Source: an uncultured delta proteobacterium
GTDB taxonomy: Bacteria; Myxococcota_A; Polyangia; Haliangiales; Haliangiaceae
Direction: 5' to 3'
DNA length: 64,000 bases
NCBI GenBank assembly: GCA_963743525.1
Contig: CAVUQH010000002.1
Span: forward strand, 1 to 64,000
Position 1 is the stretch's first letter. Every line of letters begins with the position of its first letter. Below the pieces are notes generated by a model. It was given only the letters and a program-made list of their open reading frames with translations. It had not been told where the DNA came from and did not search any database. The position numbers were made by a program, and so were the translations under genes. Below are positions 8,581-20,674 of the stretch, one piece after another.

Positions 8581-8799
8581 ATGAGAGCGTTGATTCTGAT
8601 CATGGCCGCGGTGGTCTCGATCTCGGCGCTGCCGGGCTGCGGCAAGCGGTCGGACGATTCGGCGGCGAAGAAGCAGCCGCCCGGGGACGATGCGGCGGTG
8701 GTTCGGCCGGCCGACGCGGGGGTGCCGCCGGCGGATGCGGTGCCGGCGACGCCGCCGGGGACGCCCGACATCGAGGTGCCGGCGCCAGTGCTGGAGTAG
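8581..8799 (+). CDS. Small lipoprotein
   Basis: MRALILIMAAVVSISALPGC lipobox-like signal, Pro/Ala-rich tail; TATGCT 7 nt before ATG. Confidence 0.65.
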   Translation: MRALILIMAAVVSISALPGCGKRSDDSAAKKQPPGDDAAVVRPADAGVPPADAVPATPPGTPDIEVPAPVLE

Positions 8800-8812
8800 C
8801 GCCGGGGCGCTG

Positions 8813-9556
8813 CTACTTCTTGCCCAGGCGGCGGCGAACTTCGCGCCACAGGCGCTCGTACGATTCGGAGGCGTCGGTCCAGCGGGCAAATGACGACAGC
8901 GGTTGGCGGCGAACGCTCATCTGTTCGACGACGCTGGCGTAGGGGATTTCGGCTTTGAGCAGATCGCCGCGGTCTTTGCGCAGCTGGTCGACGGTCTCGG
9001 TGTGGAGCTTCTTGCGCCGGTCAACCATGGAGAAGAACGGCATGACCTGCACCTTGAGGCGGCTCTTGGCCAGGAACTGATCGAGCTGCTCGAGGGTGCG
9101 CAGCGACAGCGGCGCGGGGATGACCGGCACGACCAGGGCTTCGGCGGCGCGGAAGATGTTCTCCGACAACAGCGACAGGCTGGGCGGACAGTCGAGGAAG
9201 ACGTAGTCGTACTCGCTGGCCAGCGGCTGGAGGATGCGAGAGAGGCCCTTCTTGGGGTGCTGCAGCTCGTCGAGGAGCAGGTCCAGGTTGCGGTACGACT
9301 GGTCGGCCGGGAGGATGTCGAGGGACTCGTAGTCGGTGCCCTTGATCCGATCGTCCACGTCGCGGCGGGCCAGCAGCCTGGCGACGCCGCCCTTGACCTT
9401 GGCCTTGACGCGAAAGTAGTAGGTGCTGGCGGCCTGCGGATCCAGGTCCCAGATGAGGGTCCGCTTGTGCGCGCGCGACGCCAGGTAGGCCAGGTTGACG
9501 GCGGTGGTGGTCTTGCCGACGCCGCCCTTGATGCTGAAGACCGCGACGACCCTCAC
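8813..9556 (-). CDS. ParA/Soj-family ATPase
   Basis: KGGVGKTT deviant Walker A, DLDPQ, FLDCPPS; GTG start overlaps the CHAD stop (GTGA). Confidence 0.9.
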   Translation of the reverse strand: MRVVAVFSIKGGVGKTTTAVNLAYLASRAHKRTLIWDLDPQAASTYYFRVKAKVKGGVARLLARRDVDDRIKGTDYESLDILPADQSYRNLDLLLDELQHPKKGLSRILQPLASEYDYVFLDCPPSLSLLSENIFRAAEALVVPVIPAPLSLRTLEQLDQFLAKSRLKVQVMPFFSMVDRRKKLHTETVDQLRKDRGDLLKAEIPYASVVEQMSVRRQPLSSFARWTDASESYERLWREVRRRLGKK

Positions 9557-11072
9557 GACCGGGACTCCCCGGCCATGGCGCGAACGCGCTTGCGCACGGC
9601 CGCGCGGTCGAAGCGCCGGAAGCGCTTGCCGACCTCGGTGCGGGCGTCGCGCTGCCGCTCCTGCAGATGACCCACCAGCACACCCATGGCCAGGAGCGTA
9701 TCCAATCCGCCGTAGCCTTCGCTGAGCATGGCCCGCGCGAAGCCGGCCAGCTTCTCCGCCTGCACGGTCAGATCCTGGAACAGGCCCAGGCTCTCCTGCA
9801 GACGCTTGAGCGCGGAGACCACGCGATCGAGGTCGTCGGCTCGCAGGATCGGCTGGAATGACTCGAGGAGATAGCGCAGTTTCTTTGCGGTCTTGCGCAG
9901 CTCGTGGAGGGCCTCGGGCGGGCTTCCGGGGCCGATCGCCCTGCCCTCGCGCACCAGCAGCTTGTGCGCGCGCCGGATCTCGGCGCCGGCGACGACTGAC
10001 AACCGCTGGCCACCGCGCTCGCCAATCTCCTCGCCCTCGGCCAGGGCGCGCCAGGCCTCCATCATCTGCGCGTACCGCGGACCGGCCATGGCCGCGCGCA
10101 AGGCCGTCAGCATGGCCGAGCGGCGGGCGTCGAGGTACGCGTGCAGCGGCTCGATGTCGGCCTGCATCGCCCGGGGAAGCTCGGCGCGGTAGCCGCCCAA
10201 TCGCTCGAGGTAGACGTCGAGATCGCGCAGCGCGCCGCTCTCGCTGCCCAGCCAGCGCAGCTCGCCGGCGACCGCCCGGGTCTGCTCGGCGGGCAGCACG
10301 CCGCGCAAGCGGGTGAGCAGGCTGCGCGCGCGGCGCATGGCGACGCGCAGATCGTGGAGGAACTCGGCATCGAGGTCGCGCACGACGCCGTCTTCGACGC
10401 GGCGGGCGACGTCGAGCAGCGCGGCCAGGATCCGACGAAGGCCGCCGGCGGCGGGCTCGTCGGGATCGAGGTCGAACGCGCGGCTTGTTCTGGTAGTCCT
10501 CGGGGTGGCGTCCGGCGGCGGCGGCGACGTCGTCGATCAGAATCGCCGGGGACCGGCTCCAGGTCGGCGGCGGACAGCGCCGCGGCCACGGCGTCGGCCT
10601 CGGCGTCGTAGCCGCGCACCGGACGGACGACGACGCGTCCGGGCAGCGGCTCGCCGCCGACGGCGCCCCGCTCTTCCACGATCCGCACCACCAGCTTGTC
10701 GTCGTCGTTGGCCACCTCGACAATCTCGGCCTCGCGCTCCACCGTGCCGACCGCGAGCAGCGCGCGCACGCCGATGATGCGGGCCACCTCGGCGAGCACC
10801 GGAGGCAACCCGTCGGCCCGGACCGGCGCCGCCAGCACCGGGCCGACGGCAACGGTCTCGCCGCTGCCGAGGCGCAAGAGACGGGTCCGCTCCGGGTCAA
10901 CGGCCAGCGCCAGGCCGGCGGCGTGGAGGCGCCAGTCGAAGGTGTCCAGGTAGGTCCGGGAGCCGCGCACGGCCGCGCTGCCCTCGCGCAGCCGCAGCTG
11001 CCCGGGCAGCTGCAGCGCCGCCGCCCAGCCGGCGCTGGTGCGAAAGGCCCGCGGTTGTGCAGCGATCGGCAA
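9553..11072 (-). CDS. CHAD domain protein with CYTH-like N-terminal region (two frameshifts)
   Basis: YLDTFDWRL N-terminal motif; EFLHDLRVAMRRARS, LRDLDV, LHELRKTAKKLRY, LQESLGLFQD; frames join at ~10541 and ~10475. Confidence 0.8.
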
Positions 11073-11147
11073 GCCGCTGAATATAGCAATGTACGGGGGC
11101 AGCTGTGTCGCACCCACGGGAGTGGCCGGCTGCTGTACTGTGAACCG

Positions 11148-13445
11148 GTGAGGAAGCCGCAGGCGTTGGGCAAACGCCGCTGGTGGTCGGCGATCAACGC
11201 GCCGTTGCTGGCGGCGATCGCGGCCACGCTGCTGTCGGCCCTGGCCTACGCCGGCGACCACAAGGGCTGGTGGAGCGTGCCCGGGCTCGACCGCGTCGAG
11301 CTGCTCACGGTCAACGCGCGCTTTCGCTTGCGCGGCAGCCGCACACCGTCGTCGGACGCGCTGGTGATCGTCGGCGTCAACGACGCCACGCGCGAGCGTC
11401 ACCCGGAGGTGTTCCAGACCCGGCGCGGCTGGGCCGCCTTGATCGACGCCATCGGCGCCCGCCACCCGCGCGCCATCGGTCTCGACCTGTTCTTCCAGTC
11501 GCCCGAGGTGGCGCTGTCGCCGGAGGTGGTGACCCACGTGCGCGCCGCCGCCAGGGCGGTGCGCGCCGAGCCGCCGCCGCACACGCCGGCCACCAACCAG
11601 GCGCTGTCCGCGCTCGACGAGGTGATCGAGGAGACCCGCGGCGACGAGCTCCTGGCCGCGGCGGTGAAGCGGGCCAAGGTCGTCTACCTGGGCACGCTGT
11701 TCTACCTGCCCGAGCACGGCGACAAGCCGGCACCCGACGGCGCGACGGTGCCGCCCGGCGTGGGCAAGGCGCGCTACGACGAAGCGGCGCTGGTGGCGGC
11801 GCCGCCTTCGCAACGCCCGCTGCAGGCGGTGTGGGTCGGCAGCTCGCTTCCGGCGATCGCCGACGGCGCGGCCGGCGCGGGTGCGGTCAACGTGATCACC
11901 GACGACGACGGCGCCGTCCGCCGGGTGCCGCTGGCGCTGGAGTACGGCGGCGCGCTGTACATGCCGATGGGTATGGCCCTGGCCCGCGCGGCGCTGGGCG
12001 CCGATGCCAGCTACGTGGTCGGCGACAGCGAGGTGCGCCTGGGCGATCGGCGCGCGCCCGTCAACCCGCAGGGCGAGGCGATGCTGTCGTACCTGGGCAA
12101 GAACCAGACCTTCCCGCGATTGTCGGCGGCCGACGTGCTCGATGGCCGCATCCCCGACGGCGCGCTGGCCGGCAAGCTGGTGCTGGTCGGCTTCACCGAC
12201 AAGGCCCGCGACAAGGTGCAGACGCCGCTCGACGCCGAGATGGATGGCGTCGAGATCCACGCCACGCTGGCGCACAACCTGATCTACGACGAGCTGATGC
12301 GGCCGACCACGCCGGCGATCACTCTGCTCACCATCCTCGCCCTGGGCGGGCTGATCACGCTGGCGCAACTGCGCGTGGTCCGGCGCCGGCGCGCGTGGGT
12401 GGGCGGTGTCATCGTCGCCGCTGCGGTGATCGGCTACCTGATCGCCGCGCAGGTGGCGTTCGACCAGGGCATCGTCGTCGCCGTGGCCGCGCCACTGGCC
12501 ACCTGCGTGCTGGTGGCGCTGGCGTCGCTGGGCACGGCGCTGGCCACCGAGGGACGAGAAAAACGGGCCATTCGCACCGCCTTCTCCCAGTATCTGGCCG
12601 AGTCGCTGGTCGAGCGCATCGCTTCCAACCCCAGCCGCTGGCAGCAGATCCTGCGCGGCACGCGCGACGAGCTGACGGTGTTGTTCTCGGACATCCGCGG
12701 CTTCTCTCGCTTCTCCGAGACGCTCGAGCCGGAGGTGCTGTCGGCGTTCCTCCACGAATACCTGACGCCGATGACCGATCTGGTGCTGCACCAGGGCGGT
12801 CTGCTCGACAAGTACATCGGCGACGCGGTCATGGCCATCTACGGCGCACCCGAGGAGCAGAACGACCACGCCCGCCGCGCCTGCGACACCGCGCTGGCGA
12901 TGCTCGAGCGCCTGGTACCGCTCAACGCCGCGTGGAAGCCGCGCGGCCTGCCCGAGATCGCCATCGGCATCGGCATCAACACCGGGCCGATGTCGGTGGG
13001 CAACATGGGCTCGGACGCGCGCTTCGACTACACGGTCATGGGCGACGCGGTCAACCTGGGCGCCCGCCTGGAGCCGCTGACCAAGGAGTACGAGGTCAAC
13101 ATCCTGGTCGGCGAGGAGACCGCGCGCCAGGCCGGCGACGGCTTCGTCTTTCGCGAGCTGGATCTGGTGCGGGTCAAAGGTCGTCAGGGCACGGCGAGGG
13201 TCTTTCAGCTGGTCGGCCGCGCCGGCAGCTCGCCGCTGTCGGATGCCGACCTGGCGCGGTGGAACCAGGCGCTGGCCGACTACCGCGCCCGCGCGTGGGA
13301 CGCCGCCGAGCGGGGCTTCGTCGAGATACTCGACGTCCACCCCGAAGACGGGCCCGCGCAGGTGATGCGCCGACGCGTGCGCGCCCTGCGCCTGGATCCG
13401 CCGGGAGACGACTGGGACGGCGTGTACGCGCAAGTGTCCAAGTAG
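11148..13445 (+). CDS. CHASE2-domain adenylate/guanylate cyclase
   Basis: DDDGAVRR and DGVEIHA CHASE2 motifs, 3 TM helices, VLFSDIRGFS, DKYIGDAVMA, YTVMGDAVNLGARLE. Confidence 0.92.
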   Translation: MRKPQALGKRRWWSAINAPLLAAIAATLLSALAYAGDHKGWWSVPGLDRVELLTVNARFRLRGSRTPSSDALVIVGVNDATRERHPEVFQTRRGWAALIDAIGARHPRAIGLDLFFQSPEVALSPEVVTHVRAAARAVRAEPPPHTPATNQALSALDEVIEETRGDELLAAAVKRAKVVYLGTLFYLPEHGDKPAPDGATVPPGVGKARYDEAALVAAPPSQRPLQAVWVGSSLPAIADGAAGAGAVNVITDDDGAVRRVPLALEYGGALYMPMGMALARAALGADASYVVGDSEVRLGDRRAPVNPQGEAMLSYLGKNQTFPRLSAADVLDGRIPDGALAGKLVLVGFTDKARDKVQTPLDAEMDGVEIHATLAHNLIYDELMRPTTPAITLLTILALGGLITLAQLRVVRRRRAWVGGVIVAAAVIGYLIAAQVAFDQGIVVAVAAPLATCVLVALASLGTALATEGREKRAIRTAFSQYLAESLVERIASNPSRWQQILRGTRDELTVLFSDIRGFSRFSETLEPEVLSAFLHEYLTPMTDLVLHQGGLLDKYIGDAVMAIYGAPEEQNDHARRACDTALAMLERLVPLNAAWKPRGLPEIAIGIGINTGPMSVGNMGSDARFDYTVMGDAVNLGARLEPLTKEYEVNILVGEETARQAGDGFVFRELDLVRVKGRQGTARVFQLVGRAGSSPLSDADLARWNQALADYRARAWDAAERGFVEILDVHPEDGPAQVMRRRVRALRLDPPGDDWDGVYAQVSK

Positions 13446-13497
13446 CCACACGCAGTTTGCCATCGTCGGGTCGCAGCGCTTTGATAAGCTGTTAACG

Positions 13498-13911
13498 ATG
13501 TACCGCCGTCAACATCGCGCGTGTCCTTCGTGTGCCACGCCGATGCACCCGACGCGGATTCGCGTCGCCGGTGCCGAGGCGGTGGCGATCGAGATCTGTG
13601 CCGGGTGCGGTGCCTGCCTGTTCGACTACTTCGCCGCCGAGCTGGGGTCGGTGGCGCGCGCGCTGGCGCGTCAGGGCGCCCACCCCGAGAGCGCGCCGAG
13701 GCTCGACATCCGTCCGGCCTGCCCGGAGTGCGAGCTGCGGCTGCCGCTGGTCAGCTACCTCGACGAGGGTCCGCTGATCTATCGCTGCGACGGCTGCCTG
13801 TCGGTCTTCCTCACGGCCCGGCAGCTGCGGTTGTTGGCCGAGTTCGAGCAGACGCACAAGGCGTCGGTGACGGTGCTCCGGGCCGTCGGCGAGCGCCTCG
13901 GCGTCCTCTAA
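13498..13911 (+). CDS. Tandem zinc-ribbon (zf-TFIIB-like) protein
   Basis: CPSC...CAGC and CPEC...CDGC pairs. Confidence 0.7.
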   Translation: MYRRQHRACPSCATPMHPTRIRVAGAEAVAIEICAGCGACLFDYFAAELGSVARALARQGAHPESAPRLDIRPACPECELRLPLVSYLDEGPLIYRCDGCLSVFLTARQLRLLAEFEQTHKASVTVLRAVGERLGVL

Positions 13912-13981
13912 CCCGCGGAAATCCCGCCATAATGCGTGGCGGTTGACTTTCTTTCGGCGCCCGGATATTTAGGGAAGCGAA

Positions 13982-14457
13982 ATGTCCGGGCAGCGAAATG
14001 GCGACCCCGAGGGAATCGACCGAATCGTCGAGACCGCCATCTACCTGCAGGCCGAGTCGCGCCGCCTGGCGCGCGAGAGCTGCGCCCGCCACGGCATCAC
14101 CGCCACCCAGCTGAACGTGCTCAAGCTGCTCGAGGCGGTGGGCAAGCTGTCGCTGTCGGAGCTGTCGCGGCGGATGGCGGCGACCAACTCCACGGTCACC
14201 GGCATCATCGACCGCATGGTCGCAGCCGGGCTGGTCGTGCGCGAGCAGAGCGCCGAGGACCGGCGAGTCTGGACCATCGCCATGACCGACGCCGGTCGCT
14301 CGCTGTCGCGCGAGATCGAAGTGGCGCCGTGGGACCTGCTCCGCCAGGCGCTGAACGACCTGCCGGCGGCAGAGCTCGATAGCTTGATCGACACCCTGAC
14401 CAAGGTGGCCGCCCACGTCGAGTCGGCGGTCAGGACGAGAGACGGAGGCGAAGCCAA

Positions 14458-14461
<4 letters not shown>
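13982..14461 (+). CDS. MarR family transcriptional regulator
   Basis: [10 protein letters not shown]...[17 protein letters not shown]...DRR...TDAG. Confidence 0.9.
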
Positions 14462-15314
<853 letters not shown>

Positions 15315-15315
<1 letters not shown>

Positions 15316-16874
15316 TGCCGTCGATGCGCGATCGCGTCGCCGAGCTGGAAAAGCGCACCGCCAAGGTGCGCGAGATGGGCGGCGAGGCGCGCGTAGAGAA
15401 GCACCACGGCCGGGGCAAGCTGACCGCGCGCGAGCGGTTGGCGGCGTTCTTCGACGACGGCGACTTCTTCGAGGTCGGCCTGCACGGTACCGAAATGGGC
15501 GCGGGCGCCGATCCGGTGCCGGCCGACGCGGTGGTCTGCGGCTGGGGCAAGGTGCGCGGCCGCCACGTCGCCGCCGCCGCCTACGACTTCACGGTCAAGG
15601 GCGGCTCGATCGGCTTCACCGGCGAGACCAAGGTCACGCGCATGCGCGAGCTGGCGCTGCGCTGCCGCATGCCGATGGTCTGGTTCGTCAACTCGGCGGG
15701 CGCGCGCATCGACCCCAAGGCCGGGCGCGACCCGGACATGCTGTCCTTGTTCGCCGGCTCGGGGCACCTGTTCCGCGAGCAGGTGATCATGAGCGGGGTG
15801 GTGCCGCAGGTGGCGGCCATGGTCGGCCCCGGCGCCGCCGGCACCGCCTACATCCCCGGCTTGGCCGACTTCGTGCCGATGGTCTCGGGCACCAGCTCGA
15901 TGGCGCTGGGCGGCCCACCGCTGGTCAAGGCGATGACCAACCAGGACGTCACCGAGGAGGATCTGGGCGGCGCGCGGGTTCACTGCGAGGTCTCGGGCGT
16001 CGGCGACGTCGAGGTCGAGGACGACGCCACCTGCATCGAGCTGGTCAAAGACTACCTGGCGTTCATGCCCCAGCACTGCGGCGAGCAGCCGCCGATCGTC
16101 GACTGCACGGATCCGATTGCCCGAGCCGACGACGACCTGCTGGACATCGTCCCGGACAGCCAGAAGCGCGCCTACGACATGTACGAGGTGATTCGCCGAG
16201 TGGTCGACGACGGCCGGATCCTCGACATCAAGCCGCGCTGGGCCCGGCCGATCATCACCTGTCTGGCCCGCTTCGGCGGCCGCCCCGCCGGCATCGTCGC
16301 CAACAACCCCAAGCAGGTGGGCGGCGTGCTCGACGGCGACGCCGCCGACAAGGCGGCCCGCTTCATCCAGATCTGCGACGCCTTCAACATCCCGCTGGTG
16401 TTCCTCATGGACGTGCCCGGCTTCTGGGTCGGCAAGCACGTCGAGCACGCTGGCATCATCCGCCACGGCGCCAAGATGCTGCACGCCATGGCCGCGGCCA
16501 CCGTGCCCAAGCTGACCGTGGTAACGCGCAAGGGCTACGGCGCCGGCTACTACGTCATGGCCGGGCGCGCCTTCGAGCCCGACCTCCTGGTCGCCTGGCC
16601 GGGCGCCGAGATCAGCGTCATGGGCGCCGCCGGCATGGTGTCGATCGCCGCGCCCAAGCTGTTCAAGGGTGCCGAGCCGCCGGCCGAGGTGCGCAAGCAG
16701 ATCACCGACTCGATCCAGAAGAACATCGACATCTACAAGGTCGCCGGCTGGGGCCTGGTCGACGAGGTCATCGACCCGCGCAAGACCCGCGAGGCGTTGT
16801 GCCGGGGGTTGGAGATGGCCTGGGGCCGAGTGGTCGAGCGCCCGGCCAAGAAGCGCGGCGTCATGCCGGTTTGA
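15315..16874 (+). CDS. Acyl-CoA carboxylase carboxyltransferase subunit
   Basis: [42 protein letters not shown]. Confidence 0.92.
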
Positions 16875-16893
16875 CCGGCTGGAGGGAAATCCA

Positions 16894-18129
<1,236 letters not shown>

Positions 18130-18180
18130 CGCACGATTTCGGGTCTTGCCCCGGGCGCCCGGTTGGCTAGGATGCGCGAC

Positions 18181-20664
18181 ATGGTGGGGCGAGACTGGTT
18201 GGCGAGCGGCGCGGCCGCGGCGGTGGCGATTGCGGTGTTCGCGCTGGTGCCGGCGGCGCGGGTGCCCGCGCGCCTGGCGGGCGTGATCGGCGGCGACGCG
18301 GTGGCGCCGATCCACCTGAACGGCGGCACGCGCCTCGAGCTGACCGCGCCGGCTGGCGCGACCGTCGATCAGCGGCGCGCGCTGACCAGCGCGCTGCTGC
18401 GCCGCGGCAGGGCCCTGGGCGTCCACGTCTCGGCCGTGCGTTCGGGCGACGATCGCGTCCGGGTCGACGTGCTGGGCGATCGCCCGGTGTCCGAGCTGGT
18501 CGCTGCGCTGGGACGCGAGCACACCTTGTCCATGCGCCGGGTCAACAGCGGCGCCGCGCTGTCGAAGTCGATCTCGGACGCGGTCATCGGCGACCCCGCG
18601 GCAGCGGCGGCGGGCGTCGAAGGGCATCCCGACTACTGGACCTCGAACGCGACCGGACTGGCGCAGCGCGACGACTACCTGTCCGGGCCCGACCGCGGCA
18701 CGCTGAGCTCGTATCTCGCCGGACTGTTCCGCCGCCGCCCCGAGCTGTCGCCGCCGCCCGACCACGAGATTGCCTTCGACTGCAGCAGCACACCGGGCAG
18801 CTGTCGGAGCTACTACCTCGAGCGCAAGACATGGCTGACCGACGCCGACGTGTCGGCGGCCGAGGTGATCTGGGACCAGTACACCAACCGGCCGGAGGTG
18901 CTGGTCACCTTCACTCGCCGCGGCGCGACGGTGTTCGCGGACATGACCGCCGCCAGCCTCGGCAAGAAGATAGCCATCGAGATCGACGGCCAGGTCAACT
19001 CGGCGCCAGTGGTCGAAGGGGTCATCCGCGGCGGTCGTTCGTCGATCACCATGGGTGCCGACGACCCGCAGACGCAGCAGCGCAAAGCCGAGGAGCTCGC
19101 GGCGTCGCTGAGCAGCCCGCCGCTGCCGTTCCCGGTGCGCGTCGCCGGCACCAGCCGCATCACCGCCCGGCCCAACAGCCCGCGGGCGCTGGCGGCGCGC
19201 GGCGTCTTCGCCCTGCTCTGCGGCCTGCTGGCGCTGCTGTTCCTGCGCCTGGCCCGGCGCGCCGGCGCAGACGACGATCCCGAGAGCGTACCCGCGGCGA
19301 CGCTGCGCGGCAGCGGCCGGCTGGCCAGGCTGCCGTGGCGGCAGCTGTCGGTGTCGGCAGCCGGCGTGGTCGTCGTGCAGCTGCTCGCTCGCGTCCCGGT
19401 GCCCGGCATCAATCACGATGCCCTGGCCAATCTGGCCGCCGGCTGGAGCACCGCCAACACCCCCGCGATCAGCGTCTTCTCCCTCGGGCTGATGCCGTTC
19501 TTGACCGCGGCGGTGCTGGTCGAGCTGGTCTGCCTGGCGGTGCCCCGGTTGCGACGTTTGCGCCACGGAGGTCCCCGGGGTCGCGCGCGCATCGCCCGCC
19601 CGGTCGCGCTGGTCACCATCCTCCTGGCGTTCGTCCAGGCGTGGATGGTCGCGCTGTGGTTGGCGTCCCTCGGCCGCGGTCCGTACGCCGCGGCTGAGCT
19701 GCTGCCCGACGCCGGCATGCGCGCGATGCTGGTCATCGCCGCCAGCCTGAGCTGCGGCGTGCTGGTCATGGTCGGCATCGCCGGCTTGATCGATCGCCAC
19801 GGCCTGGGCAACGGCATCTCGGTGATCCTCCTGGCCGGACTGATCGGCGAGGCGCGCGCGATCACCGCGCGCACCAGCCAGCTCGCACCGTCGCCTGCGC
19901 TGCTCTTGTACGCAGCCATCGGCCTGGTGGCCATCGCCCTGCTGACCCGCTGGCTGATGCGGCGCCGCACCTGGTCGGCCGCGCATCCGACGCTGCCGAT
20001 GCCGGCGACCGGCGCCGTACCGCTGTCGGCGGTCTTCTGGCTCCTGTCGCTGGCCGCTCTGCTGTCACCGTTCGTCGCGATGCCGCTGTGGCTGGCGCAC
20101 CTGGTGCCGTCCAGCTTCCACCAGCTGCTGTTGCAGCTGGCGCTGATCGTCGCGACCGGTGCCGGCTTCGCCTGGCTGTTCGCGCGACCGGCCGTCTGGC
20201 TGGCGCCGGCCCGAGCGCTGGGACAGCAGGTCAGCGACGGCGACGCCCGGCGCGCCTTCACCCGCGCCGCGTGCTGGTCGATCGCCTGGTTGCTCGTGGT
20301 CGCCGCCCTCTATTACGCGCTGCGCCGCGAGGCGGCGCCGTTCCTCCTGGGACTGCCGATCCTGCTGCTGGCGGTAGCCATCCTCAGCGACCTCCACGCC
20401 GAGTGGCGGGCCCGCGCGCGGACCCCGGACCTGGTCCCGGTGTGGCCGATCCACCGGGTGGCGCTGGCCCCGATCGTGGCGACGACCCTGCGGGAACGGG
20501 GCATCGAGCACCATCTGCGCGGCCTGCGCCACCGCAGCCTGCTGCACTTCTTCGGCCCGTATGTGCCGATTGTCGTCATGGTTTCGGCGGCCCAGGCCGG
20601 CGAAGTGACGGCCCTGCTGGGGCCCGCTCTATCCCGGCAAGCGCGCGCCGCTGAACGCGGTTAA
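18181..20664 (+). CDS. Fusion of a SecD-like periplasmic (P1) domain, a SecY-like membrane domain and a DUF2007-like C-terminal domain
   Basis: LNGG; RPEVLVTFTRRGATVFADMT...IAIEIDGQVNSAPVVEGVIRGG (SecD head); VPVPGI, ISVFSLGLMPFLTA, IDRHGLGNGISVIL (SecY); TLRERGIEHHL (DUF2007-like). Confidence 0.75.
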   Translation: MVGRDWLASGAAAAVAIAVFALVPAARVPARLAGVIGGDAVAPIHLNGGTRLELTAPAGATVDQRRALTSALLRRGRALGVHVSAVRSGDDRVRVDVLGDRPVSELVAALGREHTLSMRRVNSGAALSKSISDAVIGDPAAAAAGVEGHPDYWTSNATGLAQRDDYLSGPDRGTLSSYLAGLFRRRPELSPPPDHEIAFDCSSTPGSCRSYYLERKTWLTDADVSAAEVIWDQYTNRPEVLVTFTRRGATVFADMTAASLGKKIAIEIDGQVNSAPVVEGVIRGGRSSITMGADDPQTQQRKAEELAASLSSPPLPFPVRVAGTSRITARPNSPRALAARGVFALLCGLLALLFLRLARRAGADDDPESVPAATLRGSGRLARLPWRQLSVSAAGVVVVQLLARVPVPGINHDALANLAAGWSTANTPAISVFSLGLMPFLTAAVLVELVCLAVPRLRRLRHGGPRGRARIARPVALVTILLAFVQAWMVALWLASLGRGPYAAAELLPDAGMRAMLVIAASLSCGVLVMVGIAGLIDRHGLGNGISVILLAGLIGEARAITARTSQLAPSPALLLYAAIGLVAIALLTRWLMRRRTWSAAHPTLPMPATGAVPLSAVFWLLSLAALLSPFVAMPLWLAHLVPSSFHQLLLQLALIVATGAGFAWLFARPAVWLAPARALGQQVSDGDARRAFTRAACWSIAWLLVVAALYYALRREAAPFLLGLPILLLAVAILSDLHAEWRARARTPDLVPVWPIHRVALAPIVATTLRERGIEHHLRGLRHRSLLHFFGPYVPIVVMVSAAQAGEVTALLGPALSRQARAAERG

Positions 20665-20674
20665 ACTGGACGGA

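Noticed and set aside
8813..11227. 804-aa ParA fusion suggested by the ORF track
   Set aside because: Upstream part is an off-frame read of the CHAD gene; ParA begins at GTG 9556
10107..13463. 1118-aa minus-strand ORF and similar long ORFs (e.g. 16861-19986, 5676-7322, 15312-17378)
   Set aside because: Antisense shadows of well-supported genes, expected in high-GC DNA; only the end of 10107-13463 is real (CHAD N-terminus)
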